From the NCBI GenBank assembly GCA_963713865.1, contig OY970208.1, positions 2,272,001 to 2,336,000 on the forward strand: 64,000 nt of DNA, in the 5' to 3' direction. A program made the position numbers and the translations under genes. Numbering within the stretch: the first letter of the stretch is position 1; each line of letters starts with the position of its first letter. This document shows, in pieces, positions 1 through 10,159 of the stretch. Below the pieces are notes generated by a model that was not told where the DNA came from, searched no databases, and saw nothing but the letters and a program-made list of their open reading frames with translations. The stretch is from an uncultured candidate division Zixibacteria bacterium. Lineage in GTDB: Bacteria > Zixibacteria > MSB-5A5 > RBG-16-43-9.

Positions 1-660
1 ATAACCTGTATCCAGCATACCAATCCTGATTCCCCTGCCGGTATAACCTAAATTATGTAATTCCGGGATATGTATCTGCAAAAGCTGAGCATAAGAAGGT
101 CCATAATCTAAAAGCTCACCGAAACTTTTTTTGTAAACAGGAACGATCTCTTTGTTTAACTCCGGGAGCGATTTATGGAATGTCACCACTTTTTTAATTT
201 TTTGAACAAAACCAAATTCTGAAATTTTATCTAAATCTTTTTTAGAAGCTAAGATACTCACCGCATTCAGCCATCTGGAAACTGCTCTTATCTTCACTCC
301 TGCCATTTTGAGAGAATCTATGTAAATCTGGTAAACGGGCAGGTCGAAGAAATCAGCTACTGTCCCGCTTCCTCGCAGTTCCCTTCTTCTCAATGTTCTT
401 TCAGGAAACCTATAAATATTTTCTTTCAAAGCCTTTTCAATATTCTCTTGCTTCAAAAGACCTTTATCCTTGAAAAAAATCCAGTAAGAGGAAAGAGAAT
501 CTGAAGGAATAGATTCTATGAATTCAGCAGTTTTCTGATCCAATTTACCTTTAACTTTTAAGGGTAAATTTGAGGGGTATATTTCATTATAAAAAAGGAA
601 AAAGGTTAGTGCTATTAGTAATAGCGCCCTAACCTTTATCCCTATATCATTGTTTCTCAT
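1..660 (-). CDS. S8 (subtilisin-like) serine peptidase, N-terminal part; runs off the left edge of the window
   Basis: Not in the ORF track; translated by hand from ATG 660: signal-like N-terminus, WIFFKDKG and SRWLNAVS propeptide motifs, then GYTGRGIRIGMLDTG (catalytic Asp motif) at the window edge. Confidence 0.85.
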   Translation of the reverse strand, partial: MRNNDIGIKVRALLLIALTFFLFYNEIYPSNLPLKVKGKLDQKTAEFIESIPSDSLSSYWIFFKDKGLLKQENIEKALKENIYRFPERTLRRRELRGSGTVADFFDLPVYQIYIDSLKMAGVKIRAVSRWLNAVSILASKKDLDKISEFGFVQKIKKVVTFHKSLPELNKEIVPVYKKSFGELLDYGPSYAQLLQIHIPELHNLGYTGRGIRIGMLDTGY

Positions 661-688
661 TTACCTTGCTTGTGACCCTTAAAGAAAT

Positions 689-717
689 GGCTGGCTCAAA
701 TTTATTTTGGGCCAGCC
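689..717 (-). terminator. Putative intrinsic terminator after the cytochrome c gene
   Basis: Hairpin GGCTGGCTCAAA-N5-TTTGGGCCAGCC with a short T-rich tail on the minus strand. Confidence 0.45.
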
Positions 718-740
718 CTTAAAAAAATCTTAAACTTTTA

Positions 741-1313
741 TTACTTGGTTTTTGGTGCAGAATGAGCAACTATCTTCCAGGCATCTGCGAATTTAAATTC
801 TTTATAAGTCGGGCTTTCCGGGTTATGGCAAACTTTGCACTCCTTCTCCGTAGGCATTATGAGTCCGGCTTCCTTTGATAGCTTCGGATCCTTCATAATA
901 TTAGCAGGCATATATTTTCCTCCAGCACCATGACACCCTTCGCAGCTTACCCCTTCATTTATATCGTACTTTAATCCCTTCTCTTCAGCTTTAGCCATAT
1001 AACCAACCGTATGACACTTTAGACATTTCTCGCTCTTCAGGGGGTTATCTATTTTCTTCTCAGCAGCGATCTTTTTGGACTGTTCATTTGCAAGCGTTTT
1101 GTAAGCAGTTGAATGTTTAGAACCCGCCCAGATATCATACTGCTTTCCCTTTTTCTCGAAATTATGGCAGGGTTTACAAACCAGAGAACCCACATATTTA
1201 GCTTTAGTTATGGCTGGAGCTTTAGGGGCTTTAGGAGCTTCCTGGGCATAAGCTAAATAGAAAGCCAAAAAGAAGAACAAGCTTATCAAAACTATCAGAC
1301 TGAATTTCTTCAT
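741..1313 (-). CDS. Tetraheme cytochrome c (c554/c552-like), exported
   Basis: Signal peptide; four CxxCH motifs (CKPCH, CLKCH, CEGCH, CKVCH); GGAGG upstream of ATG 1313. Confidence 0.9.
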   Translation of the reverse strand: MKKFSLIVLISLFFFLAFYLAYAQEAPKAPKAPAITKAKYVGSLVCKPCHNFEKKGKQYDIWAGSKHSTAYKTLANEQSKKIAAEKKIDNPLKSEKCLKCHTVGYMAKAEEKGLKYDINEGVSCEGCHGAGGKYMPANIMKDPKLSKEAGLIMPTEKECKVCHNPESPTYKEFKFADAWKIVAHSAPKTK

Positions 1314-1377
1314 CCTCTTTCTCACCTCCTTTATGAATAAATTAACAATGTATGAAATCCCTTGTCAAGAACATTTT

Positions 1378-1413
1378 AAAAAAAGAAGGTCAACTAATCA
1401 GCTGACCTTCTTT
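1378..1413 (-). terminator. Intrinsic terminator
   Basis: AAAGAAGGTCA...TGACCTTCTTT hairpin followed by a T run on the minus strand, just after the stop at 1440. Confidence 0.65.
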
Positions 1414-1439
1414 ATTATATTATACGAAACAAAAAAAGA

Positions 1440-3588
1440 TTATTTTAACAAAACCATTCTCCGGGTCAATTTGAAATCCCCTGCCTCCAGCCGGTAGAAA
1501 TATATTCCGCTGGAAACTTCTCTGCCATTTTCATCCTCTCCGTACCAGATCACAGAATGTTCTCCGGGTGTCTGTCTCTCATTTACCATAGTTTTTATCC
1601 ACTGACCTAACAGATTATATATTTTCAGAGATACAGACGAAGATTTAACTCTCTCGGGAATATAATATCTCAACTCGGTTGACTGGTTAAAAGGATTAGG
1701 GTAGTTCTGCTCCAGGGTATAATTTTTTGGAAGAGCATCAGGTGCTTGATCATCTCCAACATCTAAAGGATAGGAGAAATCAATCGTTCTCAAAGTGTCA
1801 GGAATCTCTGAAATAATAAGATTCTGTGAAGATGGTGTATTATAACCAGGAATTGATGGTGGATAGAAAGTCCAGTTGCCATCGCAGAGGTATAGATCAA
1901 AAGTCCCGGTAAGTTCATCAACTTCCTCACTTGAATTATAACCATTCGGCCAGGTATCTGTTGATGCACTAACGTAATAACCCGGTGAAATAGGTAAGGA
2001 TATGTTCGACAGGCTTCCGTGGATACGGGCATGGGTGTAATTCAGGAGAAATCCCAATCCACCGCTGGTGTCAGAACTAACCGTAACATAACGGATGCTG
2101 GGGTTGGAAAGGTAGCTCGGGCAGTAAACTGAAAGATCATAGCTTCCGGAGTCAACGTAGATGGTATAAATCCCATCGCTGCCGGGATTTCCTCCATAGC
2201 TTTTGCCAGAAGCATAAAAATTCAGCCAGAACGCTATTCCAGTTCATTCCTGGATCGCCCGGGTCAACTTTAATTGTATCCCTTACCATCTTCCCGCTTA
2301 TGAAATTAAGCACTACCGTATCTCCGGGTGAGACATTCGATTCCCCTCCTCCTTCTAAGACATATCCCGCTGGAATCGGATATCTATCATCCTCCGTAAA
2401 TATATTCACATACCAGCCAGAGGAATCCAGGGAGGAGATATGCAATGTGAAATTATTATTTGAGCCAGTTCCGGAGACTGCGTCAGTATAGCTCTGTAGC
2501 GTGCTAGACTCGGCTCGAATTTTATAAGGATGAGTTGGTGATCCGCCTGATTCGGTCACTCTTCCGTAGATAACCGTATCCGTCTTCTGGCAAGTGAAGT
2601 TGTGTTCAATACTGTGCTGGGTTTGATTGTTAAATTGAAAACTATTGGGAACCAGATAATCGGGAGCCAGATCTTCTGAGCTTATCCCTACCTCCCAGCT
2701 CCCTAACTCCGAGGACCCAAAAAAGATCTTATATTTCCCGTCTGTGCTTTCGTAGTTCTTATAGCTTGGTCCGCTGAATCTCGGGCTGCACCACATCGAC
2801 AGATTCAAAACTAACAAAGAATCATCTTGGTCTTTTATCTCTCCGAATATGCTGTCTGCCGGTGACTCATAGCTGAAATTAACGCTGTCAACCACACCGA
2901 AGGCGATTTCAGTTTTCTCAGCTGGAGTAACATAACCAGTTACATCAGAAGATCTGATGTAGAAAGTGCGTCCGGTGCCGCTGCTCCCCACATTTATCTC
3001 ATAGTAGCCGCTATCGTTTGAAAGACCTGCCCAGAAAGCAGATTCTGAGACACTGTCATCAGCTTCTACCCAGATATTTTTCAAAAGCGTATCCGGAGCA
3101 GTATGACCGGGTAAGGTTATCCATCCTGTAAATTTATTAGGCGGTGAAGGAAGCGGGGTAACCCATATCCCTCTCTGAGCAGTGGTGCTGTCTGTCAGAT
3201 CTATTACTTTGAAAATATAATGAGCCGGTGCAATTCCAGCTTCAAACGGCTGACAGATAAACCAGCCATCCGGAGTGGGACTGATATCCGGAGGTGGACC
3301 CTGGCTCGAGGTATCACCATCTGCTATACCGAACTCAAAAAGCAGTTTGTCTCCGGGATTATCCAGTACTGAATCCTGATCAATATCTATCCAGATTTGC
3401 CAGTAGGTTTGGGCTCCGATGGCACAGTTTGCACCCCAGCTTAAGGTATCGCCCTGGACCATTGAACTCAAACTCGTATCCCCGTTAACCGAGAAGAATA
3501 TATAGTTGGTTAGAGCATGGCTTGTCTGGAAATTTAGAAGTAGAAATAGAAAAAGCCCCCAAAAAATAAAACATTTAAAATTCTTCAT
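1440..3588 (-). CDS. Secreted Ig/beta-sandwich protein with T9SS/FlgD-like C-terminal sorting domain; one +1 frameshift near 2230
   Basis: ORFs 2152..3588 and 1440..2057 join into one frame if one base is removed at 2230 (...WNSVWLNFYASGKSYGGNPG...); C-terminus LEQNYPNPFN...SSGIYFYRL...MVLLK. Confidence 0.8.
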
Positions 3589-3749
3589 CTTTACCTCCCC
3601 TTAAAGTGGTTTCTCAAGTCTCTCTGAACTAAAAATCAAATAATATATCTTATCACCCCCTTTTAGTAATCTTTTTGTTAAATTTTATCACCTGATATTG
3701 TCTTCAATTATAATGGAGATGAAAGTATAAAATTTTCCCCTCATATTTT

Positions 3750-3776
3750 TTATCGGCAGATTTTCCCAACAGTTTA
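3750..3776 (-). promoter_or_regulatory. Sigma28/FliA-type promoter
   Basis: Exact TAAA-N15-GCCGATAA on the minus strand upstream of the gene starting at 3588. Confidence 0.6.
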
Positions 3777-3863
3777 ATACTTTTTGGTTAAAACCTTTTC
3801 AAAAAAGATATGTTTCCCATCAGATTCTCTTCAGACCGATGTAAATTTAAAGTATCGAAGCTA

Positions 3864-3978
3864 CCTGTCCTTTGGTCTGAGCCTCAGGGTCGAAGACAGG
3901 ACGGTGACAGTTCGATTCCTCTCACTGTCCCTGAGTAAAGTCGAAGGGAGCTTGTCGGACCGGCGGGTGACCTCTACT
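3864..3978. repeat. Mosaic of REP-like hairpins (CTGAG..GTCGAAG family)
   Basis: CTGAGCCTCAGGGTCGAAG and CCCTGAGTAAAGTCGAAGGG; related copy at about 41955-41995. Confidence 0.6.
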
Positions 3979-3981
3979 GGT

Positions 3982-6213
3982 TTAAAATCTCTTTTCCATT
4001 ATCTCCGAAATCGAATTATAAAATTTTTCTTTAATCTTCTGAATTGGCAGGTCTATCCAGTTATTTATTTTGAGATTTTGTCCTTCGGCTTTTCCAATTA
4101 TCGCATAGTCAATGTCAAATTCTTTATTCAGTTTTTCTAATTCGGGCAGGTCCTTCTCTTCCAGACTTAAGATGATCCTGGACTGGGTTTCACCGAAAAG
4201 AAGAGCATCTTTTCTGAGGTTATTTTGAATCTCGATTTCAGCACCCAACCGCAAATTATTTCCAGAGGTCACACAGCACTCAGCTAAAGCTACAGCCAAC
4301 CCTCCTTCTGAACAATCGTGGGCGGATTTAACTATCCCTGATTTAATCAGTTTAAGACAGGCTTGCTGAACTCTTTTTTCATAATCCAGGTCTAAGACCG
4401 GCGGTTCACCTTTAGTTAAATTATGAATTATTTTCAGAAATTCTGTTCCACCTAATTCCTCTTTATTTTTCCCTAAAAGGACAATCAGGTCCCCTTCTTT
4501 TTTAAACCACTGGGTAGTTATATATTTTATCTCCTCAACTAATCCTATCATACCGACCACCGGGGTGGGATAAACAATCCTCTCCGGATCCTCATTGTAA
4601 AAAGAAACATTCCCTCCGGTTACTGGAGTTTCTAAAATCCTACAAGCCTCAGCCATACCCTCAATACACTCTTCAAAGGTCCAGTAAACCTCCGGGTCAT
4701 AGGGGTTCCCGAAGTTCAAGCAGTTGGTTATAGCTAATGGCATTGCCCCTGAACAGATTAAATTCCTGGCTGCCTCAGCTACTGCAATTCTTCCTCCCAT
4801 CCTCGGATTAAGATAACAATACCTCCCGTTACAGTCTGTGGTCATAGCCAATGCCTTATTGGTTTTTCTCAACCTTATAACTGCCGCATCTGAGCCTGGC
4901 CCAACTGCTGTCCCGGTCCTGACCATCGTATCATACTGCTCATATACCCACCTTTTACTGGCGATATTAGAAGTGCTTATAAGTTTCAGCAGCACTTCGT
5001 TCAAATCTATGGGGATTTTTATCTTAGACAGTTCTAAGTTTGAAGTTTGTGTAAGATATTTTGGCTTCTTTTTTTCTCTTCTATATACCGGTGCTCCTCC
5101 GCCTAAGACCAGAGTATCAGCCGGTATCTCTGCCACCACTTTCCCATTATTCTTCACCCTTAACATCTTGTCTTCAGTAACGTGTCCGATTATGACTGAG
5201 TGCAGTCCCCATTTAGAGAAAATCTTCTGCACCTCTCTCTCTTTCCCTTTCTTCGCAATAACCAGCATCCTCTCCTGTGATTCAGAGATCATAATCTCGT
5301 AAGGTATCATCCCCTTCTCCCGCATAGGTACTAAAGAGAGCTCGATCTCCATTCCGCTTTTCCCTCTGGCAGAAGTTTCAGAAGTAGCACAGGTAAGTCC
5401 AGCTCCTCCTAAATCCTGAATCCCGACTATCAGACCCACTTTGATTATCTCTAAGGAAGCTTCCAAAAGAAGCTTTTCTATAAACGGGTCGCCTATCTGC
5501 ACTGAGGGTCTTTTCTTCTCTGATTTCTCACTGATCTCTTCAGAGGCAAAAGTTACACCGTGAATTCCGTCTCTGCCAGTAGAAGCACCAACCAATAAAA
5601 CCGGATTTCCTGCTCCACTAGCTGTAGCAGTTGCCATCTCCTCTGGTTTAACAATCCCCACTGCCATCGCATTCACCAGGGGATTGCCGGTATATGACTC
5701 ATCAAAATAGATTTCTCCGGCTACTGTGGGAACTCCAAAGCAATTCCCGTAATCACCAACCCCTCTTATCACCCCATCGAAAAGATAACGAACCCGCGGA
5801 TTAGAAAGTGAACCGAACCTCAGCGAATCTAAAGAAGCAATCGGTCTGGCACCCATACAGAAGATATCTCTCAATATACCACCCACTCCCGTGGCCGCTC
5901 CCTGATAGGGTTCAACTGCAGAAGGATGGTTGTGACTTTCGATTTTAAAGACCACGGCTAAACCGTCTCCGATATCTACTGCTCCCGCATTCTCCTCCCC
6001 GGCCTTAGCTAAAAGATTTTTACCTTCACGGGGAAACTTTTTTACCATAGCGATCGAATTTTTATAACTGCAGTGTTCTGACCACATAACTGAGTAGATT
6101 CCAAGTTCAGTATAGGTAGGAGTTCGACCTAAAATCTTTTTTATCCTTTCATATTCTTCTTTTAAAAGCCCATGCTCTTTTGCTAATTTAAGAGTAACTT
6201 TCAGTTCTTTCAT
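3982..6213 (-). CDS. purL: Phosphoribosylformylglycinamidine synthase subunit PurL (small type)
   Basis: [46 protein letters not shown] motifs; 743 aa. Confidence 0.97.
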   Translation of the reverse strand: MKELKVTLKLAKEHGLLKEEYERIKKILGRTPTYTELGIYSVMWSEHCSYKNSIAMVKKFPREGKNLLAKAGEENAGAVDIGDGLAVVFKIESHNHPSAVEPYQGAATGVGGILRDIFCMGARPIASLDSLRFGSLSNPRVRYLFDGVIRGVGDYGNCFGVPTVAGEIYFDESYTGNPLVNAMAVGIVKPEEMATATASGAGNPVLLVGASTGRDGIHGVTFASEEISEKSEKKRPSVQIGDPFIEKLLLEASLEIIKVGLIVGIQDLGGAGLTCATSETSARGKSGMEIELSLVPMREKGMIPYEIMISESQERMLVIAKKGKEREVQKIFSKWGLHSVIIGHVTEDKMLRVKNNGKVVAEIPADTLVLGGGAPVYRREKKKPKYLTQTSNLELSKIKIPIDLNEVLLKLISTSNIASKRWVYEQYDTMVRTGTAVGPGSDAAVIRLRKTNKALAMTTDCNGRYCYLNPRMGGRIAVAEAARNLICSGAMPLAITNCLNFGNPYDPEVYWTFEECIEGMAEACRILETPVTGGNVSFYNEDPERIVYPTPVVGMIGLVEEIKYITTQWFKKEGDLIVLLGKNKEELGGTEFLKIIHNLTKGEPPVLDLDYEKRVQQACLKLIKSGIVKSAHDCSEGGLAVALAECCVTSGNNLRLGAEIEIQNNLRKDALLFGETQSRIILSLEEKDLPELEKLNKEFDIDYAIIGKAEGQNLKINNWIDLPIQKIKEKFYNSISEIMEKRF

Positions 6214-6343
6214 CTTTTGTCTCCTGATATTAAACTAAATTTTAAATATATTTACCATTTAGTCAATGTCAAATGAAATCATCCATGAAAATATTTTAAT
6301 ATTTACTCGAACTTCTATGAGTCAGAATAAAAATAGGGTTTTT

Positions 6344-6371
6344 GTAGAGACGCATAGCGATGCGTCTCTAC
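6344..6371. repeat. GTAG-type REP palindrome
   Basis: GTAGAGACGCAT-AGCG-ATGCGTCTCTAC perfect stem. Confidence 0.8.
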
Positions 6372-6731
6372 GTCAGGCTATAGAGTTCTTACTCCAGAGG
6401 TGGCTTAAATCAAAATACCTTAAATTATTGCAAGAAAACCAAATCCACAGTCTCTTCTCTTTCCAAAAACTATTGTTCCGAATCCCGCATAAACAATTTT
6501 TAATTTTTATGAATTCTGCCCTCCCACAAAGACCTAACATGTTGTAGTTAAATAGATTACACCCCCTATTTTACCCTACGAATAAAAGTAAAATTTATTA
6601 AACAAATTTTTATCTAATTCCGTATAAATATTATGTAAAGTAGTCTCTTAATGTTATCTGATAACTTGTTGATAACATGTAACTTAGAGGACTGACAGTC
6701 TGCGTCAAACTAAGAGAGAGGTGATTTTTGA

Positions 6732-7001
6732 ATGACGTTTGGGATGACACACCTTGAGTTCCCGACCAAACAGGATTTAACTAAAAGAAATTTAAAGATA
6801 CACACTCTGGTAAAAAAAGCAATCCAGGGAAATTCAAAAGCCAAAGAAAAATTACACGATGAATATGGAATAAGACTTTATTCAACCTCAGAGATTGAGA
6901 AATACGAAAGAGGAAAACAGGTTAGACGAGTAAAAAATCTTGCTCCGGGTAAAAGAACTAATGGTAGCAGGAGACAAACAGTTAAAATAAAATTAATCTA
7001 A
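6732..7001 (+). CDS. Small basic hypothetical protein
   Basis: 89 aa, strong RBS (GAGGTG), own terminator; LVKKAIQGNSKAKEKL segment resembles sigma-factor N-terminal helices. Confidence 0.6.
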   Translation: MTFGMTHLEFPTKQDLTKRNLKIHTLVKKAIQGNSKAKEKLHDEYGIRLYSTSEIEKYERGKQVRRVKNLAPGKRTNGSRRQTVKIKLI

Positions 7002-7030
7002 TGTTTATTTAAAGTAATCTAACCAATCTG

Positions 7031-7061
7031 ACCTGTCTCTTTTGAAAGGGACAGGTTTTTT
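7031..7061 (+). terminator. Intrinsic terminator between convergent genes
   Basis: ACCTGTCTCTTT-TG-AAAGGGACAGGT followed by a T run. Confidence 0.75.
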
Positions 7062-7066
7062 ATTTC

Positions 7067-10000
7067 TTAAAACTCAGCCCCTAAAGAAAAGTAATGTCTC
7101 GGTTTGGGAGAGACCTTATCAAAATCAGTCTTCCAGCCAGCATCGTATCTCAGCACAAATATGCCTAAATTGATCCTGGCACCAAAACCAAATCCCGCTT
7201 TAATATCCTTTAACCTTGAATTACCATTTTCAGAAGTTCCGCCTTTAAATTTTTTCGTGTCATTCCAGGCGCTCCCTAAATCTAAAAACATTGCTCCAGT
7301 GATATATCTGAAACTTAAAGGAGGAAATCCCATTGATAGATACTCAATAAAAGGGTACCTGAATTCAAAATTGGTCAGAAAATATCTAGTCCCTTCTACC
7401 TCATAATATTCGTATCCCCTTAAAGGTGTAACCATACCGGAAAAATAAAGATCGTTTACACCATAGATATTTTCTGTTGCTAACCCGGGGTCAATCCAGT
7501 TGGAAATTCCACCTAAGAAGAAATGTCTGGGCTCTTCACCATCGCTTCTCCCCGCAGAAAACCTGAAAGCAAATCCAAACCTGTTTTTGCCGAAATGTAA
7601 GTACCTGCGATAGTCCAGCCATAGAGAGGTAAAGGAGATGCTCCTTTTAGAAATATCCGGTGACCACTCAAAACTGATAACGCTTCTTTTCCCATTTACC
7701 GGACCAGTTATCCCCCAGATAACGTTATCCTTCACCCAGGAGAAAGTACTTAACAGAACCTTTACGCTTCTATCTTCAAAAATACCTTCTGCATTAGGGT
7801 CATAATATCTTCGGTCAATGGAAAGATGGGTAAAATTGAACTCCACTCTGCTGAATTTGTTAAAGGGCAGGGATAGAAGACCGGTAGCTCCGTAAAGCCG
7901 GTCAGAGAAGAGCCGATCGGTTGAATCGACATAATAATATTTAGTATGGAAGATCCCGATCCCATAATCAATCCTCTTGGGCAGATATAGATAGATCAGT
8001 TGAAAGTCACTCTGGTCAATGGTATTAAAAAGGTCTGTGGCTAAATAGAAATTATGGTTTCCGAAAATATCGCTGACCGCTATAAAAGACTGCCCCTGGA
8101 ACCCAAAAAATGTATCATAGCTCAAAGCGCCAGATATTATATCAGGAGTAAATTTGAGTTTATATTTATTCTTCTTATATTCGCCGGATGGAAGTTTAGT
8201 AATCAGGGTTTCCTTCTCTGGCTCTGGTTCTTTCAGCATCTGGGAGAGAGAATCCAGCTCGTCTTCGGTGCTTTTGAAAACATAATAACTGTAATCCAGT
8301 TTCTTTCTCTCCTTTTGCGACTCTTCTTTCTTGGTAGTATCAGGAAGAATTTCTGCTTTCAGCTCTTTTTCTTGAACAAAAGCGGTTTTGGTTAAGGGGG
8401 TCTCATCCTCGTGAACTGATTTAATATCTTTAAGCAGAAATATATCCCAGCCACCTTTATAAAAAGAAGAGAAGACTACCTTTTCCCCATCCTTAGACCA
8501 GGAAGGGGTAAAACAGCCGGTCAGTATGTTAGTAAGAGGGTAACTCTTAAGACTATCTAAGGACTGGAGATAGAGATTGCTTATCCCGTTACGGGTGGAG
8601 CTGAAGCAGATCTTATTACCATCAGGAGAAAAAGCAGGAGAATAACTATTCTCCCCTCCTTGAGTAAATGTTTTGATTGCCTTAGTACTAAAATCTAAGA
8701 GGAAGATATTGTAAGAGCCATACACGTAGTTAGTATCTTGACTTTCTCCTGAAGGACGGTCTGAGGAGAAAGCAATAGTTTTTCCATCTGGACTCCAGGT
8801 AGGATCCCTATCATCATAATCATCTTCAGTTAATTTCTCCAGTTTACCGTTTGTGATGTCGGTTAAATAGAGGTCTGTTCGTCCCCTAGTCACCCCCACA
8901 AAAACTATACTCCTACCATCCGGAGACCAGGCTGGAGAGAAAAACGCATCTAAATTGAAATTAAACTTCTTATAGATTTTTTTCTTTTTCACATTTACCA
9001 GACATAAAACATCTTTTCCCTGACTCTTGGATACAAAGGTTATATCCCTGCCATCCGGAGACCAGGAAAGCCCGCTAACATAGGAATGCAAAGATTCTAA
9101 ATCGCCTGATCTTTCACCTTTGACCACTTTTTCGATAACTTTCCCATTAACTGCGGAAATAATATATATCTCAGTATATTCGCTCCGGTCAGAGAAGATG
9201 GCAATCCTGTCACCCTGAGGCGAAAAAGCTGGCTTCTCATTCATATATGAACCGTCCTTTTGATGATTGGTCAACTGTTTGGCAAAATCTTTTGGCTCCT
9301 GTCTTTGAGCTATCTCCGGCCAGTACTCTTTCCTCAAGTTTTTCATCCACTCTTCACTTAACTCCCTTTCGTCCAGTCCGATGGCTGACTTAAGACTTTT
9401 ATAAAACGAGCGCATCCCTTTACCTTTGCGAAGGATCTCAGAGATCTTCTCCTCCCCGTATTTGTCGACAATATATTTAATCACCGATTGACCTTCTTTA
9501 TAAACCAAGTATCCACCCGCTAAATCCAGAGAGTATAAGTAGCCGTTGACTGTGGCATCCCTTAAGATCATATCCGCTTCGATATCCCACCCTCCTCTGG
9601 AGAAATATTCTGCAAAACCTTCGGCAAACCATAAAGGCAACTGAAGATATTCTACACTCAACAGATTCCCGATCATGTTTCCATACAGCATATCGAAGAT
9701 AAAAGCATGGGTTAGCTCATGGGTAAGCACATGCCTGAATTCCTCGTAGGAGCCATTAAAAGGGACTACTACCCGATTCTTGAAAACTTCGGTGAACCCA
9801 CCCACATTTTCCTCGATCAGCTCGCTTATCACATTGGTTTGTTGAAAATCATTCGGTGAATCGTAGATGATTATCGGTATCCTCTTTCTCACCTCATATT
9901 TTAAGATCTTCTCTAAAGAAGGAGTTGCCTGTTCCAGGGTTTTGGCTGCAAATTCGGCTAAGTTGGATTTTAACCCGTAGTAATAGATATCATAATGGTC

Positions 10001-10141
10001 GGTTTGAATATAAAACCATTCAAAATTTTTATACTGGACCTTGTTCTTGCCGAAATACTCATCCTGACCTTTAGAAGGTGAAGTTGAGAAAGAAAAGATG
10101 ATTATCCCGGCAAAAAGAATTATAATTATTTTCTTAAGCAT
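7067..10141 (-). CDS. Omp85/BamA-TamA family outer-membrane protein with N-terminal zinc metallopeptidase (MA-like) domain and PD40 beta-propeller
   Basis: Signal peptide; HELTH plus LPLWFAEGFAEY; repeated P-x-(W/F)SPDG; barrel with PLRGY and C-terminal YFSLGAEF. Confidence 0.88.
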   Translation of the reverse strand: MLKKIIIILFAGIIIFSFSTSPSKGQDEYFGKNKVQYKNFEWFYIQTDHYDIYYYGLKSNLAEFAAKTLEQATPSLEKILKYEVRKRIPIIIYDSPNDFQQTNVISELIEENVGGFTEVFKNRVVVPFNGSYEEFRHVLTHELTHAFIFDMLYGNMIGNLLSVEYLQLPLWFAEGFAEYFSRGGWDIEADMILRDATVNGYLYSLDLAGGYLVYKEGQSVIKYIVDKYGEEKISEILRKGKGMRSFYKSLKSAIGLDERELSEEWMKNLRKEYWPEIAQRQEPKDFAKQLTNHQKDGSYMNEKPAFSPQGDRIAIFSDRSEYTEIYIISAVNGKVIEKVVKGERSGDLESLHSYVSGLSWSPDGRDITFVSKSQGKDVLCLVNVKKKKIYKKFNFNLDAFFSPAWSPDGRSIVFVGVTRGRTDLYLTDITNGKLEKLTEDDYDDRDPTWSPDGKTIAFSSDRPSGESQDTNYVYGSYNIFLLDFSTKAIKTFTQGGENSYSPAFSPDGNKICFSSTRNGISNLYLQSLDSLKSYPLTNILTGCFTPSWSKDGEKVVFSSFYKGGWDIFLLKDIKSVHEDETPLTKTAFVQEKELKAEILPDTTKKEESQKERKKLDYSYYVFKSTEDELDSLSQMLKEPEPEKETLITKLPSGEYKKNKYKLKFTPDIISGALSYDTFFGFQGQSFIAVSDIFGNHNFYLATDLFNTIDQSDFQLIYLYLPKRIDYGIGIFHTKYYYVDSTDRLFSDRLYGATGLLSLPFNKFSRVEFNFTHLSIDRRYYDPNAEGIFEDRSVKVLLSTFSWVKDNVIWGITGPVNGKRSVISFEWSPDISKRSISFTSLWLDYRRYLHFGKNRFGFAFRFSAGRSDGEEPRHFFLGGISNWIDPGLATENIYGVNDLYFSGMVTPLRGYEYYEVEGTRYFLTNFEFRYPFIEYLSMGFPPLSFRYITGAMFLDLGSAWNDTKKFKGGTSENGNSRLKDIKAGFGFGARINLGIFVLRYDAGWKTDFDKVSPKPRHYFSLGAEF

Positions 10142-10159
10142 AACTTCTCCTTTGAATCT

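Noticed and set aside
2152-2232. Programmed ribosomal frameshifting or true pseudogenisation of the split genes
   Set aside because: The shared motif occurs in both orientations relative to translation, there is no slippery run, and the genes show no other decay; a sequencing artefact is more economical.
3784-4140. ORFs in repeat-rich gaps (also 6266..6547, 41605..42065, 57191..57388) and the N-terminal extensions of recR and the 20140 gene
   Set aside because: These are translations of REP hairpins ([20 protein letters not shown]-type peptides) with no RBS or domain support.
6214-6730. Replication origin in the AT-rich gap upstream of purL
   Set aside because: Only one or two degenerate DnaA-box-like words and no dnaA or other origin-linked genes nearby.
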